Positions 28,746 to 40,432 of a stretch of DNA of 64,000 nucleotides are shown here, in pieces. A program made the translations under genes and the position numbers. A model generated the notes under the pieces. That model was given only the letters and a program-made list of their open reading frames with translations, was not told where the DNA came from and searched no databases. This DNA is from Octopus vulgaris (lineage: Eukaryota): positions 98,642,001 through 98,706,000 of the forward strand of contig OX597816.1 in assembly GCA_951406725.2 (NCBI GenBank), written 5' to 3'. Within the stretch, counting starts at the first letter, position 1; each line of letters begins with the position of its first letter.

Positions 28746-29189
28746 ATTCATTGTTAGCTTTATTTGTTTTGTCTCACTCGTATATTTCATCTGATATCGA
28801 ATTCACTATTTCTGCACTACAAATTAAGACGTCAGTAGTTCACGCATTTATCACATTTATCAAATTTCAAGAATTAGATTTAAACTTGAGTACAATCTTT
28901 ACTTATTGCAAATATATCGTTTTCACTTTTTCTCACATTTTCCTAATAATGATGTCATCTACTTTCAGCAGCCTTATTTACTTCTATCCATTTTACACCA
29001 AGTTCTAAGTACTGCTCTTTCAATATTTTTCCCATTGAAATAGACTCACTCTCTTCATAAATAAAATAGTACATTGCGATACAGTAGACTCCATTCTAAT
29101 ATTGCTGTGAACGTAGGACAATTTAGGTTACGGCAGTTGATAGGAATGGTGGCTCCAGCGAAAAATATAATAGGTGTTGCTGTCATTGT

Positions 29190-29340
<151 letters not shown>

Positions 29341-29498
29341 AGCTCTTATTTTATTTTATCACTAAGCCAGTTACAAGGTATTCATATTATATACTTCATA
29401 ACTATGAGGGCCTAAACCTGGTGAAACTGAACGAGGCGAATTGTTTAACATCAAGGTTTGTGGGTTAGTTTCTTTATGGAAAGTATCTACATCGATAA

Positions 29499-31664
29499 CA
29501 CTGGGCAACAACAAAAAATTTATCTGGTTACAATGAATTCGTAAGTGATTTTTGTCTGCTAAATTCAAAAATAGCTTCAATTTTTCTCTATCAGGTTTAG
29601 TTTTCTGACTAGACCTAATAGAGTGAGTATTTTATTCATACAAAAGGCATATAGTATGAATCAATAAAGAGAGAGTAACACAAAACAAAACGAAGTACAA
29701 ATAAAATTTCAAAATTTAGAATGCACATTGGTTAAGATTTTTGGCAGAAAAGTAATAAATTTGCGCTTCTTTGTGCACCGTGAATGTTGAGCAACAAGAG
29801 TATATTGTTTTAAACAGCAGCAATAGTCTGCCAGCGTCCCAACGTCCTTAGTACCGAGTTTCAATCTTCTTGATGTCCTGATGGAATCGTTCGCCTTGTC
29901 CGTTGCTAACATCTTCGAAATTTTCAGGAAAACAATGAAGATGACTAAAAACATAATGCATTTTCATGCTCATATTCGCGCCAATATCACGAAAAATTGA
30001 TATCAAGTTGGTAATAATGTCTTTATAGTTTTCCGTCTTGTGTATCCCAAGAAAAATTTACAGTACTTCTCCAAAGGGTAGCCAGGATCATGTCTCATTT
30101 TCGCTCATTACTTTCACGAAATTTGTGTCCTTCAAGAACTTACAGATCTGTGGTCCATCAAAATTCCCTGCTTTAAGATTTGAACCCCAAGTCTGGAAAT
30201 ACACTGCAGATATACTTGAAGCACTCCCCATTTTTGTCAAGAGCTTTGACGAATTGCTTGATCAATCCGAGATTGATGTGCAAAGGTCGGGGGGGAAATG
30301 ATCTTATCTCACTCAACTAAAAGTTATTCCAATATATTGGCAGTTCTACATGGAACCATAATTGTTCGAGGCGGCCAGTCTTTCTTAACATAGTGGTGGC
30401 CTTGGTCTCTACTGTCCCACATGCAAAGAAAGCATGGGTATTTGGTATAACCAGATTTCTGGCCGATGAGAAAATTCCCCATCTTTAAATCAACTAAGAT
30501 GACTCATTTATGGTCATGGTACAGTATCTTCTCTAAAACCAAATTAATCTTTTCATATTTTTTCCTTCAGGTTTGTTGAATGGCCGAATGGGACAGAGCC
30601 ATACACACGTCCGTTGTGCATCAATACACATTTTAAACTACGCTTAGAGCTGTCAATGAAAAGACGCCATTCCTCTGATTTGTATTCCTCAATGCTAAGT
30701 TTATTAAGAAGCCAAGTGACACCTCTGCAATAAACTAGCTCTTCTCTTTTGTGAAAAATAAAAGGAACTCTTCATGCCGTCTACGATAAAAAGTTATACG
30801 GACACCATTCTCTAGTAGATTCTTCTTTTTAGTCGAGAAGCCAACAGTTTTGCAGAATTTTATGGGAGGTTCAAATTACGAATTAAATTATTCAACTCCG
30901 CCTGGGAGAATTGCGGGTGTAAGGTCTCAATTGAAATGTCTTGATCTCTAGTGTCTTCTTCGGGTGATAAATCTTCTTTGATTGAGGGTAAAGTTATCTG
31001 AGGCAAGACATTGAAGAGAGGAACAGGAATCTCTTCACTGTGTGGAGCAAGTCTAATAGCAGAGGTAAGATTAGGATAGACAAATGGATGTCGATTTTTC
31101 CGGTTAATACCTTTCAAATTTAGGTTAAAAAAATAGCAGTCGTCACGTGATTATAGGGCTCCTTCCATACTATTGGTATAGCAAACCTCATATTGTCCCT
31201 TTAGTCTGTTGTCACAAATGTTCTGTACATTATTTGCAGACACTATGCAGAGACCCATATTTCTCTTGGTCTCCCAGTTTGACCCCAAAATATGCCACAT
31301 ACGCTCTTTCAACAAAATCAGTGATGTTTTTTACGATTTTTACGTAATTTGTTTTCTCCCAAACGTAACACAACGCGTTTGGAGAATTAACACAACACTT
31401 TCTTAAGGAGGACATCTTGCTCATTTTCTATTGCTTAGTTCACCACGTCTAAAAAGTATGGAAAATGAATAAAGCTTAGAATTAGAATAAGGTAACGAAC
31501 ACTGTGTACTGGACGTACACACATACATAGCGTCTATTGGGATGTTCAATAACTTAAAACTAAATCTGATAGGTCAAAAAGAATGTTATATTTGGATTCA
31601 GAAGACCGATTTTCTAGAGGAATAATGTCTATTTCCTAAACACCAAAAACCTTGTAGACCAATG
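29499..31664 (-). mobile_element. Near full-length Chapaev3 (CMC superfamily) DNA transposon with pseudogenised transposase
   Basis: Termini CACTGGGCAACAA (29499) and TTGTAGACCAATG (31664), flanked by TAA and TAG. Minus-strand motifs CCVNSPNALCYV, DDCYF, YPNLTSAIR..PHS, WRLFIDSSKRSLKCVLMHNG, SGYTKYPCFLCMWDSR, PLHINLGLIKQFVKAL, QGERFHQDI and LADYC. Confidence 0.88.
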
Positions 31665-32442
31665 TAGTATACGTAAAAATTAAGATATATAATGACTGCC
31701 GTAACAAAACGAGGTACTATTTAAGATGCAGAAAAATTTAGTGCTCTTCATCTAATCTAGGGTGGGAGTACATTGGCTCCGTTGATCAGTTGCTTTTATT
31801 AACATCAACTCTTCGAGTTCAAATAGTTTTTTTATTCTTTTTGTTTATCATTTTTTTGCATTATCGTATGAATTCCTGTGTGGAAAACACAAATTAGCAA
31901 AACATTTCTGAATATTCCAAAAGATAAAATAATTATTAGTGGTGACATGGGGTATTTAAACCAGAATTCTGCTAAATATTTTAATGAGCATATATTACAC
32001 CCTACTTCTAGTAACTGCCTTACAAGAACAACAGCCCCAGCTATTTCTAAGAGCTGGTGCTGCTGTGAGATATATAAGTCACAGCTCATTTTCAACTCCT
32101 GTCAAAACTCATTTATATAGAGCTGCCAACGTCTATATTGTTACTAGATCTGTTATAAACAGCTGTCAAATATTCTTCTAACGTTGTCCACTGGAAGGAG
32201 ACCTTATTTTTCCTGGTGTTATTTTTCTAAAGCGTCTTTTTACCTGTTTTCTCTCTCTTGGATAATCACAGCATACGCAGATGAGATCACACCCAACTGA
32301 GCTTCTCCGACGCGGTTTTGAGGTTGTTTTTCATTCACAATTGTTGCTATTGATGTTGTCACTGTAGTTGTTGTTGTAGTTGTTACTGGTTCATCTACAG
32401 TTTTCGACTTCCTCGTTCTTGTTTCCTTTGTTGTCATTGTTG

Positions 32443-32739
32443 TTATAGATGCTGCTGGTGTTGTTGGTAGTGGTGATGACTGCGTTGGCTTGGTTGATTT
32501 GTTTTTGTTTCGGAGTTCGTTGTTTTTGTGCTGCAATTTGCTCTTTGCTTTGATGCATTGAAAGACACAGTGGGGCTTCTCTTTGGCTTGGTTTCAGTAT
32601 TAGTCGATTGACATTCCGTTCTGGCAGAATTGACCGTTGTTTGGCTGGCCAGTAGGATATTAGTGGGATTAGATTCATCATCACTTATTGCTAATTCAAC
32701 ATTACCAGGAGATTCTGCCGTGTTGATAAATGATTCTAT
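32443..32739 (-). CDS. Candidate terminal coding exon of an unidentified gene (98 aa, S/T/N-rich, ends HHHYQQHQQHL*)
   Basis: Acceptor ttgtaatttcag precedes 32739. The frame is open from the acceptor to TAA, with an in-frame stop three codons upstream of the acceptor. Reads IESFINTAESPGNVELAISDDESNPTNILLASQ...; no homology recognised. Confidence 0.35.
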   Translation of the reverse strand: MESFINTAESPGNVELAISDDESNPTNILLASQTTVNSARTECQSTNTETKPKRSPTVSFNASKQRANCSTKTTNSETKTNQPSQRSHHHYQQHQQHL

Positions 32740-33299
32740 CTGAAATTACAAATGGATATTGATTGAATTTTGTATAGGTATACGAGCCTATTCCTTACTT
32801 AAAGTGTGAAGGTACGTTTTTCTGCAGATGTGTTGTCACGTTCCGAAGTCCCAGTGATTAACTGCTACTTATTTCATCGACCCGGGAGAACAAGAGGCAA
32901 ATTCGACCTCGGTGACATTTAAACTCATTATTTACAAGAATAATAAGAGCAGTAGCTGTGGCACCAACGGAAGCAGCAGTAACAACAGAGTGGTAGTAGC
33001 AACATAATCATCAGCAGCAGAAGTAGTAGTAGTAGCAGTAGTAGCAATAGTAGCAGTAGTAGTAGTACACATGTACAAATAAAGTAAATGGTGAAAGCGA
33101 TTATGTTCTAAAATAAATTAGTCACGAAACGGAAAAATAAAAAAATAAACAAGTCCAGAAGCTTAATAGTGGCAACAATTGACACTAAGAGTGCAGGCAC
33201 TACATAGATATAACACTAAGATACAAGTATATCTGCAGCGTAAATGACCATGTTGAATCCCACTATTTACTAAGTATAACCCACACAGACGCATATATA

Positions 33300-33560
33300 T
33301 GAGTGTGTGATTGTGTGCTGTCGCGGTTTCAATTCCTAGGCAGAATGCGTTGTGTTCTTGAGCAAAGCACTTCTTCTCCCGTTGCTCAAGGATCACTTCG
33401 ACACCTGACAGGTGGCACACCATGCTCCTCTTCATGCAACGTCGATTTGATGGAGGCAGTGAGTAAATGTACAGCACATACATTTGATCACTGTAAAATC
33501 ATTCGTGCAGGTTGGTCAGCAAAGAAGCTGGACACACACAAACGTCGTCTTTGACGAGAG
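33300..33560 (+). mobile_element. Degraded tRNA-headed SINE-like repeat
   Basis: tcgcggtttcaattcctagg (B-box-like) and tgtgttcttgagcaaagcactt; followed by (TG)n. Confidence 0.55.
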
Positions 33561-33569
33561 AGTCCATCA

Positions 33570-33600
<31 letters not shown>

Positions 33601-33664
33601 GTGTGTGTGCATGTATGTATGTATGCATGTATGTATGTATGTCTGTATGTATGTATGTATGCGT

Positions 33665-35660
33665 AAGCCGTCTAAGTCCGTATATCAGGAAACATTTCCT
33701 TGTATATCTGTCAGTTGAATGGGTATATCAATCGAAATGTAAGGCCAATCTTACTAATCAATTTCGCATCTACGGTTCCTCAGAGTGTTACGTAACCGTC
33801 CGATTATGTAACCCAGCGATCTTCAGAAGTAGCTGTTATGAAATTAAATATAGTGACTGATCTCTGTTGTTGGAGGTAAATAGACACATTCGGTTTGTGG
33901 TTGTGAAAAAGAGGGCGAAAAGAATCGAGCAAGGCTGTAAGTTAAAAATTATATCCCTTGGTGTCAAAATCATTATCTCTAGAGATGGTCTTGTTCCAAG
34001 TCGGAAAGAGTTTTCTGGGAAATATTATGTCTCTAAGGTTGGTGTTCTTGTGGGAACGGAATGTGTGCAGTAGTACTTTATGTATAACCTATGATGGGGG
34101 GGTGCACATTTGTGTTCGTTGGTATGATTTCTTTTTTATGTTTTCTTTAAATTCTAGGGGTAATTATGTAGGCATGTGGAATGTGTAGGAATACAATATG
34201 CGTGAGAGCGGGTTTTGAGGGTGGTAAAAAAACATTTACTGTGTAGGCGTTCGCTGTGTTGGCCGTGTGTGTCTATTGTTGTGTTAGTGTATGCTCTGGT
34301 CGAACTCTTTGTCGGACTCTCGGCTGTTGGTGGAGGGCTGAAGTTGGAGAAATTATGATTATAATAACTATAGTCCACTTTCGATTATTATAATAATAAT
34401 GAGCCATGCAGATGTGATAGAATTACTGCCTTCCATGTGGGCAAGGATTACAAATTTCACTTCTACTATTCAGATAGACATCTAGGTGCTGGGTACTCGT
34501 TAAAATCGCTGTTTTCTCAGCCACCTTTAATCTGCACTTCCTACTGCTTTTGAAGTACGTTTTACATTTCTCCAGAATCTTCCACTTTATGCTGTACTCG
34601 GTGGTGCTTTCTTTCAACGACCATACATGCTTAGTCATGGTTGTGGCGCTACATCTCTCCGAGATGTTGAATGAAGATTTTGTCTCAGAAGTGAGTCTAC
34701 CTACTAAGATTTTTATTTTACATTGGGTGCACAGCTAATGGGAAATTCTCAGAGTGTACCGATTAAATATTTGACTGAATATATTAGTACGGGGGAAGTG
34801 CTTGTCTAGTAAGCTACAAACATCCCACCTACTCGGGTTTTAACACTTAAAGAGTAGGGTGGTGTGAACCAGAATACTTTCCGTTGAGGCATTCTCATGG
34901 AAGGGTTAGAGTCCCGCGTGCAAGTAATTCTATCGTTGAAACCGCTGGTTCGCAGAGCCTTATTGCTCATTGTAGTACGGGCGGCAACATCAAAAATATA
35001 TTTGCTTCAAGATAGGTTGGAGAGCCTTCTGCTGAAGCCCTTTACCAGGTTCTTGAAAACTATGGATGGATGACAGGAGCCTGTGCTAATAAATGATAGC
35101 TTCTCACTTTTCTTCCTAAAGGGTGCATAGGCACAGGACTCCAAGTTTCGGGTCACATCAAGGAAATCCATTCTTTTTAGGTTGGTTTCTATCTTGACCT
35201 TCGATCCAAAAGAATTCGTGATGATGTTGATGTCTTCTCTAAGCTTATCTAGCACGTGATCTCTTGCCCCTCTTGATTTTGCCAGTGCGTCATCCCTGTA
35301 GAGGACAAAGCTAGTGGAAATGAACTTGCTATTGAGTAAATCTAGAACGAAGAAACCAACGACATCACACGCGTTAGCTCTATCGAATGCACCCATCACC
35401 ACGTCAAGGTAACTTTCTAGGTCAGTTTCTTTGAGGAAGGACGACCCTTTACTGAATAGTACGGTCCTTCTGGCGTGCATGATAATGCATATATCCTCGT
35501 CACTAACTTCAGTGTAGGACCTAGCGAATTTCAATGCGTTAAAAGGGCTCCCTTGATATAGATGGCTAAAAGTTCACTACATAGAATTGGGAGATTCTAA
35601 CTCTACCCCTTCCGCTATGGCGTAACGCCAGTAAGATTATAACATGGTTTAAAACCAAGT
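33665..35660 (-). mobile_element. Penelope-like element: RT plus partly deleted C-terminal GIY-YIG domain and long 3' region (Nematis-like, tentative)
   Basis: ORF 35007-35534 has DVVMGAFDRANACDVVG, LYRDDAL, DFLDVT, SCHP and RRLSNLS. Then RKVFWFTPPYS and LLDKHFP..IFNR. ORF 34423-34638 has HVWSLK..IKWKILEK..CRL..AEK..IL..LNSRSEICNPCPH. Confidence 0.9.
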
Positions 35661-35699
35661 CTAGTCAAACAATTCGACTCTAGTATATATTTTAAAGCC

Positions 35700-35995
35700 T
35701 GTTACTTATTTAATATAATCCTTTGCCGGACCGCTAGGTTACGAAGTTATAAACAAACCAACACAAGTTGTCATTCGGTAGTGAGGATCAAACACATACA
35801 CAGAGTAATATTCATAAACATGTATTTATCTATGGATAAACCTGGTATCGTGTGGTTGGGAAGCAAACCTCTTATCACACAGCCACGGAACTTCGACAAA
35901 GTTTACATTTACCAAAGTTAGTCACAAGGTCCGAGCTATAATGGAAGATATTTGTCTCAAACCACATTGCGACGAAGCGCAGTTCTTAATCACAC
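35700..35995 (-). mobile_element. Degraded SINE fragments, family of 20300/51356
   Basis: tttgccggaccgctaggttacg...cacaagttgtca and tgtggttgggaagcaaacctcttatcacacagccac motifs. Confidence 0.6.
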
Positions 35996-36931
35996 CCAGC
36001 AGGGTGAATGTTTTGTTTGCCTACTACAGTTGTCCCTATCCCACTCTCTTATGACATATTTATGTGTCTTGCATATATTTTTCTACCTTTGTATTCTTTT
36101 CCAGCACATGGGCAATTGACATACTTAGAAGTGCTATTTAACCATAAGACATTTTCTTCAAGGGTAGCTATATATCTTGTTGGATGCAAAAGAAAAGTTC
36201 ATGCAAGGATTCAACCAGCTGTGCGCCAAATGATGGTTTAGTGTTCAATATTTTCCCTTGAAACTGAATATATGAATATATGTAGTAATATGGGCTTTGA
36301 TGTAAGATGTATAGACAGTCAGAGTAAAAAAGAAGTGCAGTACACTGTATGTTTTGCTGTCTTAATGTACTGAAACCATATGATATGAAATCAATGACCA
36401 GCAGAAGCTTTGCAAATAACCCTCTTGTTTCCAAGATTATTATGAATTGTAAAGCGTAGTATTTCTTTGCTGCGTATCCTGAAAACAACAACTAAGGCAT
36501 TATGTCGATATGTTTGGAATTGGAAGTATCTGATAACTTCTGATTTGCAACGCAAATGACCGGATGTACGCTGTTTATAGGAAATTTATTCTTGAATCGG
36601 AAGAACGGTTAGTCACAAACCTTGAAGCAGTTTATCTATACGTTGATTTATGTATAGGAATTTTTAAAAAGTTCTTAAGAGAGTAGTATGACATATATGT
36701 CTTACAACATCTAGTTACACATTACAAGTTCACCACACTCATTCTATTATATTTGTATATTAACTTTTATAACATATAATATATACATGCATATATACAT
36801 AAATATGTCTGTATGTGTGCATATATATATACAATATATTTAAGATTCAGTTGAATTAAGTAATTAAATTGAGGTGCCTTGCCAGTTCGGTATAGTCCGC
36901 GTAGCTGTAAGTTCTGTTCACCAACCTACCT

Positions 36932-36999
<68 letters not shown>

Positions 37000-37002
<3 letters not shown>

Positions 37003-37530
37003 TTCCGTTTCCCATGATACTATTTGATGTTCGAGTATTACATATGCTCCATACTACATTATTTACCCTATTTACATTTGACGGATATTTGTCCCCATTT
37101 TATTTGATGTTAATACAACGATTCGGCTGATGTACTCTCCCGCCTTCATCAGGTGTCCTGGAGGAATTTCGAGCCTGAGTTCTAATTCCTAGGGCATTTT
37201 CCGGTATTATTATTATTACTATTCAGGTCACTGCCTGGAATGGAAATCGACTTAGATAACAAGCCCCAAAACCCCTCCACAACTGCCCACGGGCACGTTG
37301 CGTAGCAGTTAAGAACTAACTCGGAAGCCTACTACGGATCCCAAGCTTCACCCTCAGCTTTGATCTTGAAACCTAACAGATGACCAATTATAGCACTAAC
37401 ACATCTCACCTGATGAAGGCTGGAGAGTGAATCAGCCGAAACGTTGTGTTAACAATAAACAAGATGATGACAAATATCCGTCAAATGTAAATAATGTACA
37501 TAATTCCTCATCTCTCAAATACGGAAATGT
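37000..37530. mobile_element. Non-autonomous Penelope-type element with inverted pseudo-LTR arms (37069-37155 and 37407-37493)
   Basis: tatttacatttgacggatatttgtc...ccttcatcaggtg is the imperfect reverse complement of cacctgatgaagg...gacaaatatccgtcaaatgtaaata. Located next to (TA)n. Confidence 0.85.
37407..37448 (+). ncRNA. Minimal type I hammerhead ribozyme (PLE type)
   Basis: CAC-CTGATGA-a-GGCTG(10 nt)CAGCC-GAAA-CG-TT-GTG: both cores intact, perfect 5-bp stem II, palindromic ACGT stem III, stem I CAC/GTG, predicted GUU site. Confidence 0.72.
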
Positions 37531-38846
37531 TCTATACTATATTATCGACATTCGTATATTTTACCTTATATCAGTCAGTAAAATATTTTTCATATCCTCC
37601 AGGTGTTAAACCTTAAAAGAGGAATGCGAAGTTTTTTTGAACTGCATATATTTAGTTTACCTTTAAATGTATAAATAGTATCATTAATGACGCACTGAAA
37701 TGCAATATATAGTACAATAAAACAGGGTATGTCGCATATATACACTGAAAAAAGCACGAAAAAATAACTGAAATGAAAAAAATAGGATACGTTTCAATCT
37801 AAGTAACGCGACCTTGTAAAGTGCATGTTTCCGTACTGCTTTCCATTGAAAGAAGCTACAGTAATGCAGGCCCTCTCTGTGTAATTGAAGCAGTCAAGAA
37901 GTTGCCAGATTTTTGTTTTTCAAAATTACGTCTATTAGTTATACTGTTTGAATAGGGCACTAACAATATAACACAATATTCAAATTGAAACGTAACGTTA
38001 AAATGCAATGGTCAATTTTGCGAAAAATATATGTACGCGATAGGATAATTTATTTGTAACTTTTGAAATTAGCGGGTAAAAATTTATGAATTTCCCAAAT
38101 AAATGTGAAACAGGTTTTGATCATAGATCTATGTTATTGAAAAACTACCCCACATATTACTATTTCATTTATTGTTTATCAAATAATATAAAAACAGCTA
38201 ACATCATAAAACCTGATGTAGCGCCAGAAAGGATGGTAGAGTAGGTACGATTGAAGAACTTCTCCAATATAGATTCAGTCGTGATAGTTAAAACAAAGAA
38301 CGAACTATTTACACCTAGACATAATACTTTTATAATATCCAATTTCTTTGTTTGTGTTTTGAGGTAGATAACTTCCCTTGAAACTTAGATAAAATAGAAT
38401 TATTTGTAATGGTTCAATAGTGTATTCTCTTGCAGACATTTATATCTTTGTTCAAATATAGAAAATTATGGTATTTCCGATTCCTAGCATTGAAGTAAGA
38501 ACCGAGAATTAATTCACATAAACACAAACTATTATATTTCATATTGATGACAGGGATGTTCAAACAACATGTGATAGACAGACGATGACAGAGAGATTGT
38601 ATGACGCCCTCGACTTTCTCAATTTCGTTACTGGCAAAATACAAGTAATATGATACCCTAGCAATCAAAGCTTTGTTGATAGCCAGTTCGCTAAAAGATC
38701 AACTATACACTCTCCTACTTGATGAGTAACATTTTAAAATTAATTAAAGAGCATACAGGATCTATGTCAAATGAATGATTTTACCACTACCAGGCACAGG
38801 AAATTTCACTGACGCCGGCAATAAGATTATCTACAAACAGGAATAT

Positions 38847-38879
<33 letters not shown>

Positions 38880-38888
<9 letters not shown>

Positions 38889-38924
38889 GTACGAATACAC
38901 ACACACATATATATACGTACGAAT

Positions 38925-38980
<56 letters not shown>

Positions 38981-39105
38981 ATTCATACGTATATATGTGT
39001 GTGTGTATTCGCACGTATATATGTGTGAGTGTGTGTGTATTCGTACGTATATATGTGTGTGTGTGTATTCGTACGTATAATTGTGTGTACTCGTACGTAT
39101 ATTTG
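38880..39105. repeat. Fold-back minisatellite: TACGTACGAATA(CA)n units followed by their reverse complement
   Basis: Two units on plus (38887-38945), then five (TG)nTATTCGTACGTA-type units (38960-39100). Confidence 0.85.
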
Positions 39106-39853
39106 TATATATATGTGTGTGTGTGTGTGTGTGCAAACATGCACACATACACACATACACACATACTTACCGCAGCATTAGTCGTGTGTATTCCTATGAA
39201 GAGGTAATTAGCATTCTGCCCGTAGGACTTAAAAAATACTTACAGTTGACCTTTTAACATCGATGAAAGCAATGATGTAAAGTGTCTACATATTAAGTGT
39301 TTGCACAAAAATAGAAACCTGTGCCAAACCAACGCATTGAGATAAAGAACTAAAACATTAGTTGAATCTTTCTAAACATTCTATTAATTCATCATTGAAA
39401 TCGAATGTCAAATCAATTGTGTTGCAATTTCTCTCATGTTAGAGGGCAAGTTTGTATCTGGCTTCACTTTCTTTAATCTGGATGAGACTGTATAAAATAA
39501 TCGCACTTTATATTTTCTGTTGAATAGTGGTTTACAAAAATATTTACCGTGATCACCCACATATATATTTTATCAGTTTGTGTAACTCAACTGCCTCTCG
39601 TGGAATTTACTCTGCTGTTGCACTTGTTCAATGATATGACGCTGGTACTTCATGCAGAAGAGTCGTCGGTTATATAATGACCCCACAACTTGAGAAATTG
39701 TTTGTCTTTATAACAGGTAGATATTTACAACGAGAAAACTTTCTTTCTACAATAGCTAAATGAATATGCCTGTTGACATAGTACAGTTACTGGAACGTCT
39801 TATAAATGGTATTCTCTTCCATCGCTTAATTAGTATATCATAAACATAATGTA

Positions 39854-40030
39854 GGGCGGCAGGATCGTTAGCAGCGTTTCATCCGTCATCACCTTTGAGT
39901 TCAAAATCCTCTGAGGTTGACTTTGTTTTTTGAGAGTAGATAAAACAAATACCAGTCGAGCACTGGGGTCAGTATAATCGACTTACCCCATCTCCCGAAA
40001 CTGCTGGCCTTGAGCTGAAGTTTGAAACCA
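39854..40030 (+). mobile_element. Degraded SINE, family of 28352
   Basis: ggcaggatcgttagc...gagttcaaaatcc..gaggttgactttg...gcactggggtc...tttgaaacca. Confidence 0.75.
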
Positions 40031-40432
40031 ATATACATATTGGTCCAGGCCATGTCTAAATTAATATCACTACCTGATAAGATATTCTAAATCCTTTTTA
40101 AGTCAAATTTTGTTTATGGTCCGTTCAAGTAGTGAGTTCCTGTTTAGTAAGTTGAATCCAGGTATAGGCGGCTTATCTGGTATTCCTTGATGAAATCTGT
40201 CCAGATTCCGTTTAAAGGTGATGGGATCCTTTTCCTCTTTAATCATTTTGGGACAATGTTAAACAGTGCCGGGCCTGTTGAGGAAACGAAATTATGCCGC
40301 AGTGTACTTATATGTTGTGATCTTGAACTGGGCTGGGGACGTATGGCTCGTGGTCCCAACCTTGGATGAATCTTGAAACTAATATTCAGGTCATTTGGGT
40401 AATGCTGTCGGTATATTCTCCACACACACATA
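40031..40432 (-). mobile_element. 3' end of a CR1/L2-group LINE ORF2 (different family from 59485)
   Basis: Minus strand VWRIYRQHYPNDL..HPRLGPR..LRHNFVSSTGPALFNIVPK..KDPITFKRNLDRF..GIPDKPPIPGF..NSLL. Confidence 0.8.

Noticed and set aside
36008-36491. Two opposing ORFs, each preceded by a good AG acceptor (36105 plus, 36479 minus)
   Set aside because: No recognisable protein and no matching donor; such acceptors occur by chance in AT-rich DNA. Needs RNA-seq.
38880-39105. Regularly spaced ~27-bp repeats as a CRISPR-like array
   Set aside because: The spacers are (CA)/(TG) runs, the context is eukaryotic, and there are no cas genes.
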